This document shows, one piece after another, positions 11,001 to 21,000 of a stretch of 64,000 bases of DNA; position 1 is the first letter of the stretch; each line of letters starts with the position of its first letter. The stretch lies in IMG/VR virus record IMGVR_UViG_3300042402_003181. One strand, written 5' to 3'. Origin of the DNA: a virus. Under the pieces are notes generated by a model. It was not told the DNA's origin. It searched no databases and saw nothing but the letters and a program-made list of their open reading frames with translations. Position numbers and translations under genes: made by a program.

Positions 11001-14000
11001 TGTTACCTACTACTGGAACATATGTATATACATTTGTAGGTATTAGTAAGATTCTTAGATACAACAACATTGCATATGTTACTACCGACGCAGCACATTT
11101 ATTAGTATCATCTAATCAAGTTAAAATTACACCAACTACGTTAACAAATTACGCAGCTACACCGTATGTTACTGTGCTAAGTTCTACTAGATTTAGGTGT
11201 CCAAATGTTGGACCACAAACTCCTGCTGCTGCAACTACTACAAACACTGCAACAGTGCCTGCAACTACCGGAACTACTACTGTTACTGTTGCAAGTGCAA
11301 GTGTTTCCGGCGGCCCAATTCAGATTGGAGATTACGTATTTTCAAATATTAATAGTTTTCCAATAGGTTCAGTAGTAACCGGAGTAACTGGAACTACAAC
11401 ACTTTTAATTGCAATTGAATTTCCGTCAGTAAGTGATACTTCTACTGCATCATCGATAGCAGGATTAACATTTATTCGACCAATAACTGAAGCTGGTACA
11501 GTTCGATCTGTTATAACTGCAGTTAATAACAGTGCGCAAGGTGAAATTTCAAGCATACGAAAAGGCATGTTAACTGCAGTTAATAATTTAACAATTACTA
11601 GCGGTAGTTCCTATGTGTCAGGAACATATTATAGGGTTTCGTTATCTAATGTAACAGGTACAGGTTCTGGTGCATTAGCAAATATCACAGTTACTGGCGA
11701 TTCAGTAACGGCAGTAGATTTAACGTATGCAGGATCAGGTTATGCAGTTGGGAATACAGTAAGTGCATCATTGCCTGGTGGCAGTGGTTTTAGTATACCA
11801 GTTTCGGCAATTGAAACTCATGCATATATTAACAATATCTCAGATTTGTTTGTTGGGTCAAGTATATCACCAGATTTTGTTAGTGATAACGCTAGTGCAA
11901 TAAACACTATTACTGTGTCAAGTACAATTTCTAAAACATTTAATGCTTCAAGTGATGTTAATTACTCTACTAACAGAATAACTATTGCAACCCACGGTTA
12001 TTCTAATGGTGATTACGTAATGTATAATCCAGGTTCTAATCAACTAATATCCGGATTATCAATTACTCTACCGTATTATGTTAAACGAATTGATGCTAAT
12101 ATTATTGAACTGTATAGCGAATACTACCTAACTAATATTATATCATTAGGCACTAGTTCAACTGGTACACACACGTTTACAACAAGTGCAATAAACATTA
12201 CTAATAACAGATTGTACGTTGCGGCGCACGGGTTATCTACTGGTGATGCATTAGTGTTTACCGGAACTAACTTACCGTCAATTGATTCTAATCAGATTGG
12301 TGATAGATCGCATTTCTTTATTGGATCAGTTACAACTAACACATTTACAATTCACAATTTACGAAGTGATGCATTAGATAGTGTAAATGGCGTAGTGGTT
12401 GCCCCAAACAACATTACAAGTATTGGATCTAGTACATTATCTATGATTCATTATCAAGTTCAAATTATTGGGTATTCAAATACTAGTAGTAAACAAATAT
12501 CAAACTGGGGACTTTTAGCATCGTCAAGTATTGATGCAAGTAATATTGTGTCGGGCGTAGTTACAACTAGCAGATTAGCAACATCCGGTACTGCAAGTTC
12601 AACAACTTATTTACGAGGCGACTCTACTTGGTCAACTGCAGTTACAAGCATCCAGTCTTCAAACAGCGCGTTAACTATTACCGGATCTGGAATAGGTGCT
12701 ATGTACGGTGCATTAACATTTGATGTTGCAAAAACAACATTCCCAACTGATAATGGATCTTATTCAACATTAGGTGTTGCTAGTTTTAATATTAATCAAT
12801 TTACAGTTGGTACAGGCGCCACTGCTGGTCTAGTTTATATTACTGCAGGAACAATTGATGCTGGTACATTAGATGGTAACGACTCGTCGTATTACTTAGA
12901 TCCTGTAAACTTATCTGCATCAATACCACTCAATAAAGGCGGTACTGGAATTAGTGTGTATACTGCAGGCGATATGATTTATGCAAGTACGACAACAAGC
13001 TTAAATCAACTTCCAATTGGGCCAGCTAATACTATTTTATCAAGCAACGGTACATTACCGTATTGGGCGCCGTCATTATCATTAGCAACTGTTATTAAAA
13101 CAGGTGCTGGCGAGATTTCAACTACTAATGCAGGTTCTGCAAACGTATTTAATACGAATGCATTAACATTAAATGTTGGTGGAGCAGCAACTAGTGTGTA
13201 TTTAGGTGCAAATTCTACAGGTATAACATTAATTAATGTTAAGAGCTATACTACAAACGGTGCATCAAGCACTACTGTTTCAGCAGTATATGGTATTGTT
13301 GCACCTATTAGCACCGCAGCTAGAAATAATAGTGGAGTATCAACTATTGTTACTACTATACCGCACGGTTTAACTGCAGGTGATCTAATTACGGTTGTGT
13401 GTTTGTCTGACCCGTCGTACAACGTAAGAAACGCTGTAGTATCAGTTACTAACACAACTACATTTACCTATTCAAATGCTGGCTCGTTAACTACCGTTGT
13501 TGCAAGTACTGGTTCAATATTTACTGGGTCACAATCATTATCATTAGCAACGACTGCTGCAAACGGTGATACTAAATTAATTTTTGGTAGTACTGCTGGA
13601 GTTATTATTGGCCAAATTGTATTAGGTAATTCGCATATACCTACAAATACAACAGTTATTGGTATTGATGCGTTAAATATTTATTTAAGTGCAGCAATCA
13701 CTGATGTAATTATGTCAGCTACGTCAATTGTGTTTGTTCACACTAATGCTAGTTTAGGTATTGCTACTGGTAACCAAATAACTATTGCGTCATCTGGTAT
13801 AACAAATTTAGACGGTACATGGCCAGTTACTAGCGCATCTTCATTTTCAACATCATTTAGTATTTCAATAACTACTGCAATTACTGCATCATCTGCTCCT
13901 CGCGTAGGTAATATTACTAAAGCTAATTCATTAGTATTAAAAAATAAAAATATTACAATTGGTAGCAGTGAAGCAAGTGCAACTCCGGTTGCAGCTACAT

Positions 14001-14554
14001 TAATTGGTGAAAAATCAGTAGGTACAAATGTTGCAGGTGTTGATTTTAATATTATCCCTGGAACAGGAACAGGTAATGCAGCATCAGGTAGTTTTGTAGT
14101 AAAAACAGGTAACGGTGCAGCATCAGGCACATCACCCCAAACTCCGACTACTAAGTTAACTATTGATAATAATGGTATTGCAACATTTACAAATTCAGTA
14201 GTTATAAATCAAAACATTGAAGTACACGGTGTTAATACTACTGGAATTACTAATGCAGCAGCTGTGCCAGTAAAATCATTTTCAAAGACAGTTTATAGAA
14301 GTGCTAAATTAATATTCCAAGTAACTTGTACGTCGGGACCAAATGCAAATACATATCAAATTGGTGAAGTTTTAATCATCCATGACGGTACTACTGCATA
14401 TATGGCAGAATACGGTGATATTAAAACTGGTGCAAACATGTTAGCAACATTTACTTGTGATATTGATGGATTAGATAACGTTCGAATTTTAGCACAAGCA
14501 CTTACTGGTGATACTATTTCAGTTCGTGTAGTAAGTAGTTTAAATATTATATAA
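5057..14554 (+). CDS. Giant virion structural/fibre protein (3,165 aa)
   Basis: Contains fibre-shaft cassettes, NTAIG-type beta-roll repeats, a beta-helix-like region (VYVSESKGNDLNDG...SPYVQNCS), two CxRD helical repeats and several HG(L/Y)xxGD repeats. Confidence 0.8.
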   Translation: MSKNLSNILKGGTLPVIHGGTGVTVSTGTGSVVLNTSPSLVTPDIGIATATSINKVMFTQPTGNATLTIANNKVLTVSNTISFTGTDSAAVEVSTGGTVTYTKDKLSVFSTTTSAELAGVISDETGYVAGAILMFNDSPTIKNSIVTTSTSFDLLNTNATTVNFASAAGTISIGASGTGTTTINHNLQVAGDIFFNGTASQLSASTIEVTDTLVMLAKNNPGDIVDVGWYASYIATATGVKTYTGLVRDASESDRSWKLFSGTITAPSTTIDFGNAVYDNLKIAALTATTGNFSGQITSTLAQGTAPFSVVSTTPVTNLSIGGNAATVTTNANMTGPITGTGNVTSITSQTGTGTKFVMDTSPVLITPTIGVATATSINGLTLTASTGTLTIATDKVLTVSNTLTFTGTDTSSVAFGAGGTVAYTGGTGTKLSSFAATTSDELASVISDETGTGKLVFANTPTLITPAIGAATGTSVVLTSDSTINGLTIGLGGSNVASNTVIGFSAFSGNTTGTSNIAIGMQSLYGSTTANVNTSVGSQSMQNVQDGSANVGIGAGTLYSNTSGAQNTAIGAFAGYGSNGVNANTTGTNNVYVGYSTIGSAIDNTNEIVIGSLAVGLGSNSTVLGTTSTTTATIYGALSIPNTTASSSSITGALKVAGGVGIGGNLYVEGNLSVNGLITTINSTTITVDDKNLELGSTASPTDVTADGGGITLKGLTDKTFTWSAASNSWVSNVGITASSIQNTPIGSTTASSGNFTGITVENGGSLILKETSLNGINYISIKSPDSLAADYTITLPTTVGTAGQVLSTDGNGALTFVDSDVFGGNVVYVSESKGNDLNDGLSLPVRTIKRALQIASGMVYNSLGAVNRIRAVVSVAAGNYVENNPVIIPDNVSVEGAGLRACVIRPLNANKDMFRLRNGGYFAQFTFRDGITASGVASYTWAYAFAFDDVFDTQCDRTGYINLPSNRPTMTLSPYVQNCSIISFLGGNGAYVDGSKVANPNVPTSLLEVEVNPAGAAPVQCKSMIANAFTMISFGGTGWRVTNDAYVQLVSCFQLFLLNGVYAQSGGYTSITNSATNFGKYALRSSGYSPIAYPYDKGFVSAVGSSGSIQTVTAIGFTRPDGPVEQYVIRIYDNNAFTYNVAICQRDIGFIIDAIGYDMMFGGNFRSIKAAMTYYSTQAANVVGVQKTATIAGFTYLRDYVANAVNGDPIAGASIIANMNTINDIVNNGLSVVPASVIPEPSNIDPGFSDAARLLAGNKLFLQAEIIAFMSSTYTALWSSLTAPQRLLCQRDVGYMVDAIQYDLIYACNLETTVIGRLYYNRLTNTFVENAGEKTAALDVVLRLRAIVEYIVTNNTAGWTKSAGNAASQFISGTAATPGAVTFAKARFQEIYDTINTGTETAVAILPDTTWVVDANLVTQFNILQTTKDAIKTFVTEYISTQYGATDLTSQYKVQSPNFLQVSFNAFTEIDIATDVFTTSTPHGLTNGDSVIYDSTGNSPLGGLFTGSVYYVYFLNTVQFKLAHDDSLTLPVDVVALGTGTHTFTKNDYELYVDTVTSTHTTFQTIVLTSAYSFAPGDLLEGTTGALPNKASVYSYDGDKTIVVAINFVTIGISQERKLFATNSIITKINATVVSLTVSSVTSRNDLHAATFNVASTLLGGLLDNVGTLVGKQIFFHRASIVNSSGHTWEYAGSGIDYNALPTNGGKTDVRFEQYQERSGRVYTSGTNELGDFKVGDFITAYNRTGNIVFKNTVTVSQLNVLKLALSDISVDAISNDTGLGENEVGGPSDSKLSTQLAIWSYANQRLGAFIDKAVSTNAVPGALVQLNATGQINVDLIPAQRTSASVITYGYRSRLTAYDDVPSVNFLSGDNSTEEFETVTLTLSDPITALDGAIVTQSTSGASGLLKGDHTNVNTILVASTGYTFTTVFDTTPAHTLIINLDSTPSTTNTSVYCLVVSAAISATDNSVLRNSTTNQYLVLPTTGTYVYTFVGISKILRYNNIAYVTTDAAHLLVSSNQVKITPTTLTNYAATPYVTVLSSTRFRCPNVGPQTPAAATTTNTATVPATTGTTTVTVASASVSGGPIQIGDYVFSNINSFPIGSVVTGVTGTTTLLIAIEFPSVSDTSTASSIAGLTFIRPITEAGTVRSVITAVNNSAQGEISSIRKGMLTAVNNLTITSGSSYVSGTYYRVSLSNVTGTGSGALANITVTGDSVTAVDLTYAGSGYAVGNTVSASLPGGSGFSIPVSAIETHAYINNISDLFVGSSISPDFVSDNASAINTITVSSTISKTFNASSDVNYSTNRITIATHGYSNGDYVMYNPGSNQLISGLSITLPYYVKRIDANIIELYSEYYLTNIISLGTSSTGTHTFTTSAINITNNRLYVAAHGLSTGDALVFTGTNLPSIDSNQIGDRSHFFIGSVTTNTFTIHNLRSDALDSVNGVVVAPNNITSIGSSTLSMIHYQVQIIGYSNTSSKQISNWGLLASSSIDASNIVSGVVTTSRLATSGTASSTTYLRGDSTWSTAVTSIQSSNSALTITGSGIGAMYGALTFDVAKTTFPTDNGSYSTLGVASFNINQFTVGTGATAGLVYITAGTIDAGTLDGNDSSYYLDPVNLSASIPLNKGGTGISVYTAGDMIYASTTTSLNQLPIGPANTILSSNGTLPYWAPSLSLATVIKTGAGEISTTNAGSANVFNTNALTLNVGGAATSVYLGANSTGITLINVKSYTTNGASSTTVSAVYGIVAPISTAARNNSGVSTIVTTIPHGLTAGDLITVVCLSDPSYNVRNAVVSVTNTTTFTYSNAGSLTTVVASTGSIFTGSQSLSLATTAANGDTKLIFGSTAGVIIGQIVLGNSHIPTNTTVIGIDALNIYLSAAITDVIMSATSIVFVHTNASLGIATGNQITIASSGITNLDGTWPVTSASSFSTSFSISITTAITASSAPRVGNITKANSLVLKNKNITIGSSEASATPVAATLIGEKSVGTNVAGVDFNIIPGTGTGNAASGSFVVKTGNGAASGTSPQTPTTKLTIDNNGIATFTNSVVINQNIEVHGVNTTGITNAAAVPVKSFSKTVYRSAKLIFQVTCTSGPNANTYQIGEVLIIHDGTTAYMAEYGDIKTGANMLATFTCDIDGLDNVRILAQALTGDTISVRVVSSLNII
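8461..9390 (+). repeat. Two phycobiliprotein-like CxRD helical repeats
   Basis: ICQRDIGFIIDAIGYDMMFGGN (Cys codon 8492) and LCQRDVGYMVDAIQYDLIY (Cys codon 8927). Confidence 0.7.
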
Positions 14555-14563
14555 GGAAAATAA

Positions 14564-17500
14564 ATGGCTCAAGCTGATTTTACCATAAAAAGCGGATTTA
14601 CCGCTAACGACATTTTGCAAGTTAATTCAGAAACTGATTCAACATCATCTATAACTGGTGCGGCAATTGTTGTAGGTGGTATGGGTATTGGTAAAAAATT
14701 ATATGTAGGTAGTGGTATTAATACCACTACCGGTACTTTTACATCAACCGTTTCAACAACTCAATTAACATCAACTATTGCACAAGGAACTGCACCATTT
14801 GTTGTAACTTCTACCACGCCTGTTACTAACTTAAAATCAGATTGGGTAGTAACAAATGCAAATATGACAGGTCCAATTACAGGAACTGGAAATGTAACTT
14901 CTATCACAAGTCAAACTGGTACTGGTACTAAATTTGTTGTTGATAATTCACCAACGTTAATTACTCCAGATATAGGAGTTGCAACTGCAACTACGGTTAA
15001 TAAAGTAACAATTACTGCTCCGGCTACTAATTCTGTACTAACTATTGCTAATAACAAAACGTTAACTGCAAGTAATTCTATTACGATTGCAGGTACTGAT
15101 AGTAAAACTTTAACTGTTACAAATTCGGTAGCATTTTCAGGTACTGACAGTTCAACGTTAGCATTTAGAGCAGGTGGCCAAGTTGCATATACTGATAAAG
15201 ATAAATTATCAGCATTTTTAGCAACTACATCAGCTGAATTAGCAACTGTAATTTCAGATGAAACCGGAACTGGTGTTTTAGTTTTTAGTACAAGTCCTGC
15301 ATTTACTACATCAATTACAACCGGATCTACTAGTTTTGATTTAATCAATACTACTGCAACTACTGTAAATTTTGCCAAAGCAGCAACTGCATTAAGTATT
15401 GGAGCAGCTACTGGAACTACTACAGTTAACAATAACCTACAAGTAACTGGTGACATTTATTTTAATGGTACTGCAAGTAAACTTAGTTCAACTAACATTG
15501 AAGTTAACGATGCATTAGTTTATTTTGGTGCAAACAACATAGGTGATTTATTAGATTTAGGGTGGATAGGACGTTACAACAACGGTGTTGTTAACGATGC
15601 TCACGTAGGATTTATAAGAAGTGCTGCAGATAAAGAATGGAAACTCTTTAGTAATATTACTGCAGAACCGACTACTACTGTAGACTTAACAGGAGCTACA
15701 TACGATAATTTAAGGATTGGAAAACTAACAACTACTGGTGTTAATAAGGTAGCAATAACTGCCCCAACTACAAGTGCAACATTGACTATTGCAGACGGCG
15801 CAACGTTTGCAACATCAGGTGCATTTACTACTACAATTACATCAACTGCTAATACTGCAGTAACATTACCCACTTCTGGAATATTAGTTAATACATCTGT
15901 AACAACACTCTCATCATTAGCATCAGTTGGTACTATTACTTCGGGTACTTGGTCAGGATCATTCGGCATAGTATCAGGTTCAAATCTTACAAGTTTAACT
16001 GCAGGAAATTTAAGTGGAACTATTCCAAGTGCAGTGTTAGCTAATTCAACACAGTATATTGGAACAACTGCTATTACGCTATCGAGAGCATCATTAGCAC
16101 AAACCCTAACCGGTGTTAGTATTGACGGTAATGCTGCTACAGTTACCAGTGGAGTTTACACAACTGGAAGTTATGCAGATCCAGCATGGCTTACAAGTTT
16201 AGCTTATTCAAAAATAACTGGAACTCCGAGTGCATATTCATTACTAGCAGCTACTACAACTACATTAGGTGGGGTAAAAGTAGACGGTTCTAGTATTACA
16301 ATAAATGGGTCAGGTGTAATTAGTACTCCTGGACCAACACTTAAAACTATAAACAGTAGTTCACTTTTAGGATCAGGAGACATTGCAGTAGTATCATCAT
16401 TGTCAGTTACATCAGCTAACGGGTTTGCAGGTTCTATTTCTGGAACTTCTTCATCAGCAATTACAATTTCTACTTCTATAACAGGATTATTAAAAGGTAA
16501 TGGAACTGCAATTTCAGCCGCTACTGTTAACACAGATTATTTACCTGCAACCAGTCCAGCTGTTACTACATCGTTAACTACTCCGTCGACGTCTTTTGAT
16601 TTAATTAATACTACTGCAACTACTGTAAATTTTGCCAAAGCAGCTACTACCTTGAGTATTGGTGCAGCAACTGGTACTACTACAATTAATAATGCAATTT
16701 CGTCAATATTTGATGCAACATTTAACTCGTGTGTGGTTGGCTCTGGATCGTATTCAACAAATATAAGAGTCGGATTTGGCACATTAGCTAACGTTACTGC
16801 AGCCGGTGTTAGAAACACTAGTGTAGGATATGCTCCGTTATCGTATACTACTTCTGGTACAAAAAATACTGCAATAGGGTATGGCGTATTAAATGTTAAT
16901 TCAACTGGCAGTTCAAATACCGCAATTGGTTCATCGGCATTAATAAAAAATTCAATAGGTAACTATAATGTTGCGCTTGGTTCAGAATCATTAATAAATC
17001 TAACTACATCAGTTGCTACTATTACATTTACTGCCGGATCTGGATATACTGCTAATTCTACATTTACTGCAGCACAATTAGTGTATTCATCAGGTACAGT
17101 TGCAGGATCGTATCCAACTGCTACTATTGTTACCAATGCTAGCGGAGTAGTTACAAGCGTAACGTTAGTAACGTATGGAACTGGATTTACTGACGCAACT
17201 ACTGTTATGACGTATGCAAGTATGGGCGCCGGTACCGGATTTACTGTAACCGCAGCAACATTATCAGCTACTGGAAGCAGCAATATTGCAATTGGCTATC
17301 AAACATTACTTAGCACAACTACTAGCGGCACTAATATTGCAATTGGGACACAATCGTTAGCATTAAATACAACCGGTAGTAGCAATACTGCAATTGGGCA
17401 TGCAGCAGGGTATGCAGGTAGTTCAAATGCAAATGCTACCGGATCAAACAATGTATATGTTGGTTATTATGCCATAGGATCTGGAACAGCTAACACAAAT

Positions 17501-18022
17501 GAAATTGTAATTGGATCATCTGCTATTGGTTTAGGAAGTAATTCTACTGTAATTGGTAACAGTACTACAACTTCGGCTAAAATATTTGGTGCATTAACAT
17601 TAGCAGGTTCTTCGTCAACGTTGGCTGCTATTCTTACAAATATGGCAGAGGTAACAACTGTAATTGCAACTGCTGCAGCAACTTCAGTTACTTACTACAC
17701 GTCGTCACAGGCAGTTCTATATTATACAACTGCAGCATCATCAAACTGGGCTATAAACATAACACATTCAGCAGGTACTACACTAAACACCGCGTTAGGG
17801 ATTGGGCAATCAATCACTGTTGCATTTTTAGTAACTCAAGGAGCTACTGCATATTATAATACCGCAGTTCAAATAGACGGAACAGCAGTAACTCCAAAAT
17901 GGCAAGGTGGATCAGCGCCAACTTCCGGTAATACTAACGCTCTTGATGTATATTCGTACACTGTAATTAAAACTGCAGCTTCAACATTTACTGTGTTAGC
18001 ATCAATAACTAAATTTGCATAG
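14564..18022 (+). CDS. Tail fibre-like protein (1,152 aa)
   Basis: Shares shaft cassettes with the 5057 and 22240 genes; NTAIG beta-roll repeats; C-terminal domain ending ...PKWQGGSAPTSGNTNALDVYSYTVIK. Confidence 0.8.
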   Translation: MAQADFTIKSGFTANDILQVNSETDSTSSITGAAIVVGGMGIGKKLYVGSGINTTTGTFTSTVSTTQLTSTIAQGTAPFVVTSTTPVTNLKSDWVVTNANMTGPITGTGNVTSITSQTGTGTKFVVDNSPTLITPDIGVATATTVNKVTITAPATNSVLTIANNKTLTASNSITIAGTDSKTLTVTNSVAFSGTDSSTLAFRAGGQVAYTDKDKLSAFLATTSAELATVISDETGTGVLVFSTSPAFTTSITTGSTSFDLINTTATTVNFAKAATALSIGAATGTTTVNNNLQVTGDIYFNGTASKLSSTNIEVNDALVYFGANNIGDLLDLGWIGRYNNGVVNDAHVGFIRSAADKEWKLFSNITAEPTTTVDLTGATYDNLRIGKLTTTGVNKVAITAPTTSATLTIADGATFATSGAFTTTITSTANTAVTLPTSGILVNTSVTTLSSLASVGTITSGTWSGSFGIVSGSNLTSLTAGNLSGTIPSAVLANSTQYIGTTAITLSRASLAQTLTGVSIDGNAATVTSGVYTTGSYADPAWLTSLAYSKITGTPSAYSLLAATTTTLGGVKVDGSSITINGSGVISTPGPTLKTINSSSLLGSGDIAVVSSLSVTSANGFAGSISGTSSSAITISTSITGLLKGNGTAISAATVNTDYLPATSPAVTTSLTTPSTSFDLINTTATTVNFAKAATTLSIGAATGTTTINNAISSIFDATFNSCVVGSGSYSTNIRVGFGTLANVTAAGVRNTSVGYAPLSYTTSGTKNTAIGYGVLNVNSTGSSNTAIGSSALIKNSIGNYNVALGSESLINLTTSVATITFTAGSGYTANSTFTAAQLVYSSGTVAGSYPTATIVTNASGVVTSVTLVTYGTGFTDATTVMTYASMGAGTGFTVTAATLSATGSSNIAIGYQTLLSTTTSGTNIAIGTQSLALNTTGSSNTAIGHAAGYAGSSNANATGSNNVYVGYYAIGSGTANTNEIVIGSSAIGLGSNSTVIGNSTTTSAKIFGALTLAGSSSTLAAILTNMAEVTTVIATAAATSVTYYTSSQAVLYYTTAASSNWAINITHSAGTTLNTALGIGQSITVAFLVTQGATAYYNTAVQIDGTAVTPKWQGGSAPTSGNTNALDVYSYTVIKTAASTFTVLASITKFA

Positions 18023-18032
18023 GAAACACAAC

Positions 18033-21000
18033 ATGCCATCATTAATATCTTTTGGAACTGCAGCAGGACGTGCATATGGGTTAACTAATAAAAAGGGTTC
18101 GTCTATAGGTGATCCGTATTGGGATAATGTTACTATTATGTTACATTTTAATGGAACAAGCGGGTCTACTGTTGCTACTGATACAAGTAATAATCAGTTA
18201 ACAATGACTAATATATCGTCGTTAAACAGTATTAATACATCTACCTTAAAATTTGGAACTGGATCAATGTATTTTCCAGGAACTTCTAATTTAACTAATC
18301 CAAGTACTGCAACTACATTAGTTGGTTTAAATAACAATTTTACAATTGAATTTTGGGTATATCTTAATGGCACGCAAGGTGCATGGAAAGGATTTTGCGG
18401 AAACTATTTAGATTCGAGCTACGGATCAAGAAGCTGTTGGGCAATTGGGCTTGACGGCACCGGTAGTGGCTTAAGCTCGAGTATTGCAACCAGTACCAAC
18501 GGAACATATCAAGGTACATCTTTAGGTACATCAACTTATACAGTATCGCCAAACACATGGTATCATGTTGCATTTGTTCGATCAGGCAGCACGTTTACTC
18601 AATATGTTAATGGATCAAGTACTGGAAGTTTTACATATTCTGGTTCAATATATGATGGCGGTTCTAATCTTGAAGTCGGATCGTACATTAACGGAGGGTA
18701 TCGATTTACTGGATATATGGATGAATTTCGTATTACTAAAGGTGTTGCAAGATACACTGCAAACTTTGTTCCTCAATCATTTGAATTTTTAGATTTTAGT
18801 ACCAGTAGTACTGCCCCTGTAATTACTGCCATTGGCATATCATCTTCATCTGGTATACAAAATAATTATATGAATGAAACTGATTCATTAATTGCTGTAG
18901 TGTCGTTTAACAAAGCAGTTACTATAACAGGAACTCCGAGATTGGCAGCAAATATCGGTGGAAGTATTTTATATCTAAATTATGTAAGTATATCTGGATT
19001 AAACGTTTATTTTTCATATGGATCATTACCTGCAGGATATAACGACTCTGATGGTATTAGTTTTGATGCAAATGCAGTATCATTAAATGGCGGAACAATA
19101 ATTGATATAGCAGGTAATAGTGCTGATCTAACTAGTCTTGCAGTAGCAGCAAATCCATCGTATAAAGTAGACACTACCGCCCCAACTGGAGGATCGATAA
19201 GTGTAGATGCAAATGGATTAGTTACAGTAAGTGGATTAGAGTCTGGAGCAACTTGGCAATTCAGTACTAATTCTGGTAGTTCATGGACGACTGGTACCGG
19301 TACTACATTTTCTTTAGCTACGGGTTCATACGCAATAGGTTCAGTTCAAGTACGACAAACTGACTTAGCAGGTAACGTGCAAACATCTGGAATTGCATAT
19401 AATTCATCACTTATAACAGTAGCATCTACTTATGATGTAACAAAATTAAGCTTATTAATGAACTGTGACGGTGCAAATGGTTCAGCAATCTTTTTAGATC
19501 ATTCATTAAACAACGTAACTTTATCTAACGGAGGCGGTGCACCGCAACTAAGCACAGCTACCTATAAGTTCGGTACTTCGTCGTTGTATGTTAACGGATC
19601 AAGTAGCAGGGTGAGCGCACCAAATAACGCTTTATTTAACTTTGATTCAGGTGATTTAACTATTGAATTTTGGATGTACACTCCAATTGCATGGACAAGT
19701 CAAGCGTATAGTGCAGGAATACTTGGACAAAAGGCAAATGATTCTACTAACGGGTGGGTACTTTATATTGATGGAGGTTATCCATCTAAAATAAATGCAA
19801 GACTTGCATTAGAAAACAATTTTCCAACGGGAAGTACACCAACACAAAATACATGGGAACATTGGGCATTAGTAAGATCTGGTACAACATTAAAATGGTA
19901 TAAAAATGGAGTTTTAGATGCAACAGGTACATCCTTTGCTGCTGTTTCAGATTCAACTGGAACGTTTTATATTGGACACGCTCAAACATGGGGCGGATAT
20001 TTAAACGCGTATTTAGACGATATTCGAATTACTAAACAAGCATTGTATCTTTCAAACTTTACACCTCCTACATCAAAATTGTTAACTTATCCGGACATAT
20101 ACTATAACAATGTAAGTTTACTTTTAGTAGGCGATGGTGCTAATGGGGTAAACACGTTTACCGATCTAAGTCCTACACCTAAAGCAATTACTGCTGCCGG
20201 TAACGCTATTAACAGCACTACTACTTATAAAACTGGCACATCATCGATGTACTTTGACGGTACCGGCGATTATCTGTATGTAACAACTGCAAATTCTGCA
20301 TTTAATTACGACATAAGCAATTTTACTATTGAATTTTGGGTATATCCGCAAGCAGGTCCTGCGTCAACTTATAACCCAACATTCTTTACAAATCATGGTG
20401 ACAACGATTGGAATTCAGTAGGTACTGGTGTTCGTATTCATCATCAAAATGTGTTAATTGGAAGCTCTCAAATAACATTCAGTAGTCCTATAACTAATAA
20501 CGTGTGGACGCATGTTGCTCTAGTACGAAATGATAACATAATTACTGCATATAAAAACGGTGCAAGTGTTGGTAGTGTTTCGTACACCGGATCAGTCGGC
20601 GCCAATTCGGATCGTCCTGCATTAGCAACATCAGACAGTGTTGGTAGTGGAGGTAGAGAATTCTTACAAGGGTTTATCGACGACCTTCGTATTACTAAAG
20701 GTATTGCTCGATATACATCAAACTTTACTGCACCTGGACGATTAGGGGTGTTACGTATAGGAGCTTCTGCGCCGCTTACTATGACGTTAGCAGGTGGTAC
20801 TAATGTAACTATTAACAAAGCATGGTTAATGACAAACGGATGGGATGGAAATTCAATACTTTCTACAACTATTACTAATACTGCAGATATTCGATCTTCA
20901 ACTACTTCAGTTGCAGCATTAACATTTGCAGCTGATTTGTCAACACTACCATCTGGATCTTCTATTACTTTTACTAATAGCTCCGGAATTTATATTGCAG

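Noticed and set aside
15331-16680. Near-identical repeat pairs as a possible DGR template/variable region
   Set aside because: Differences are mostly at third codon positions and involve all bases rather than adenines only; no reverse transcriptase is in the window.
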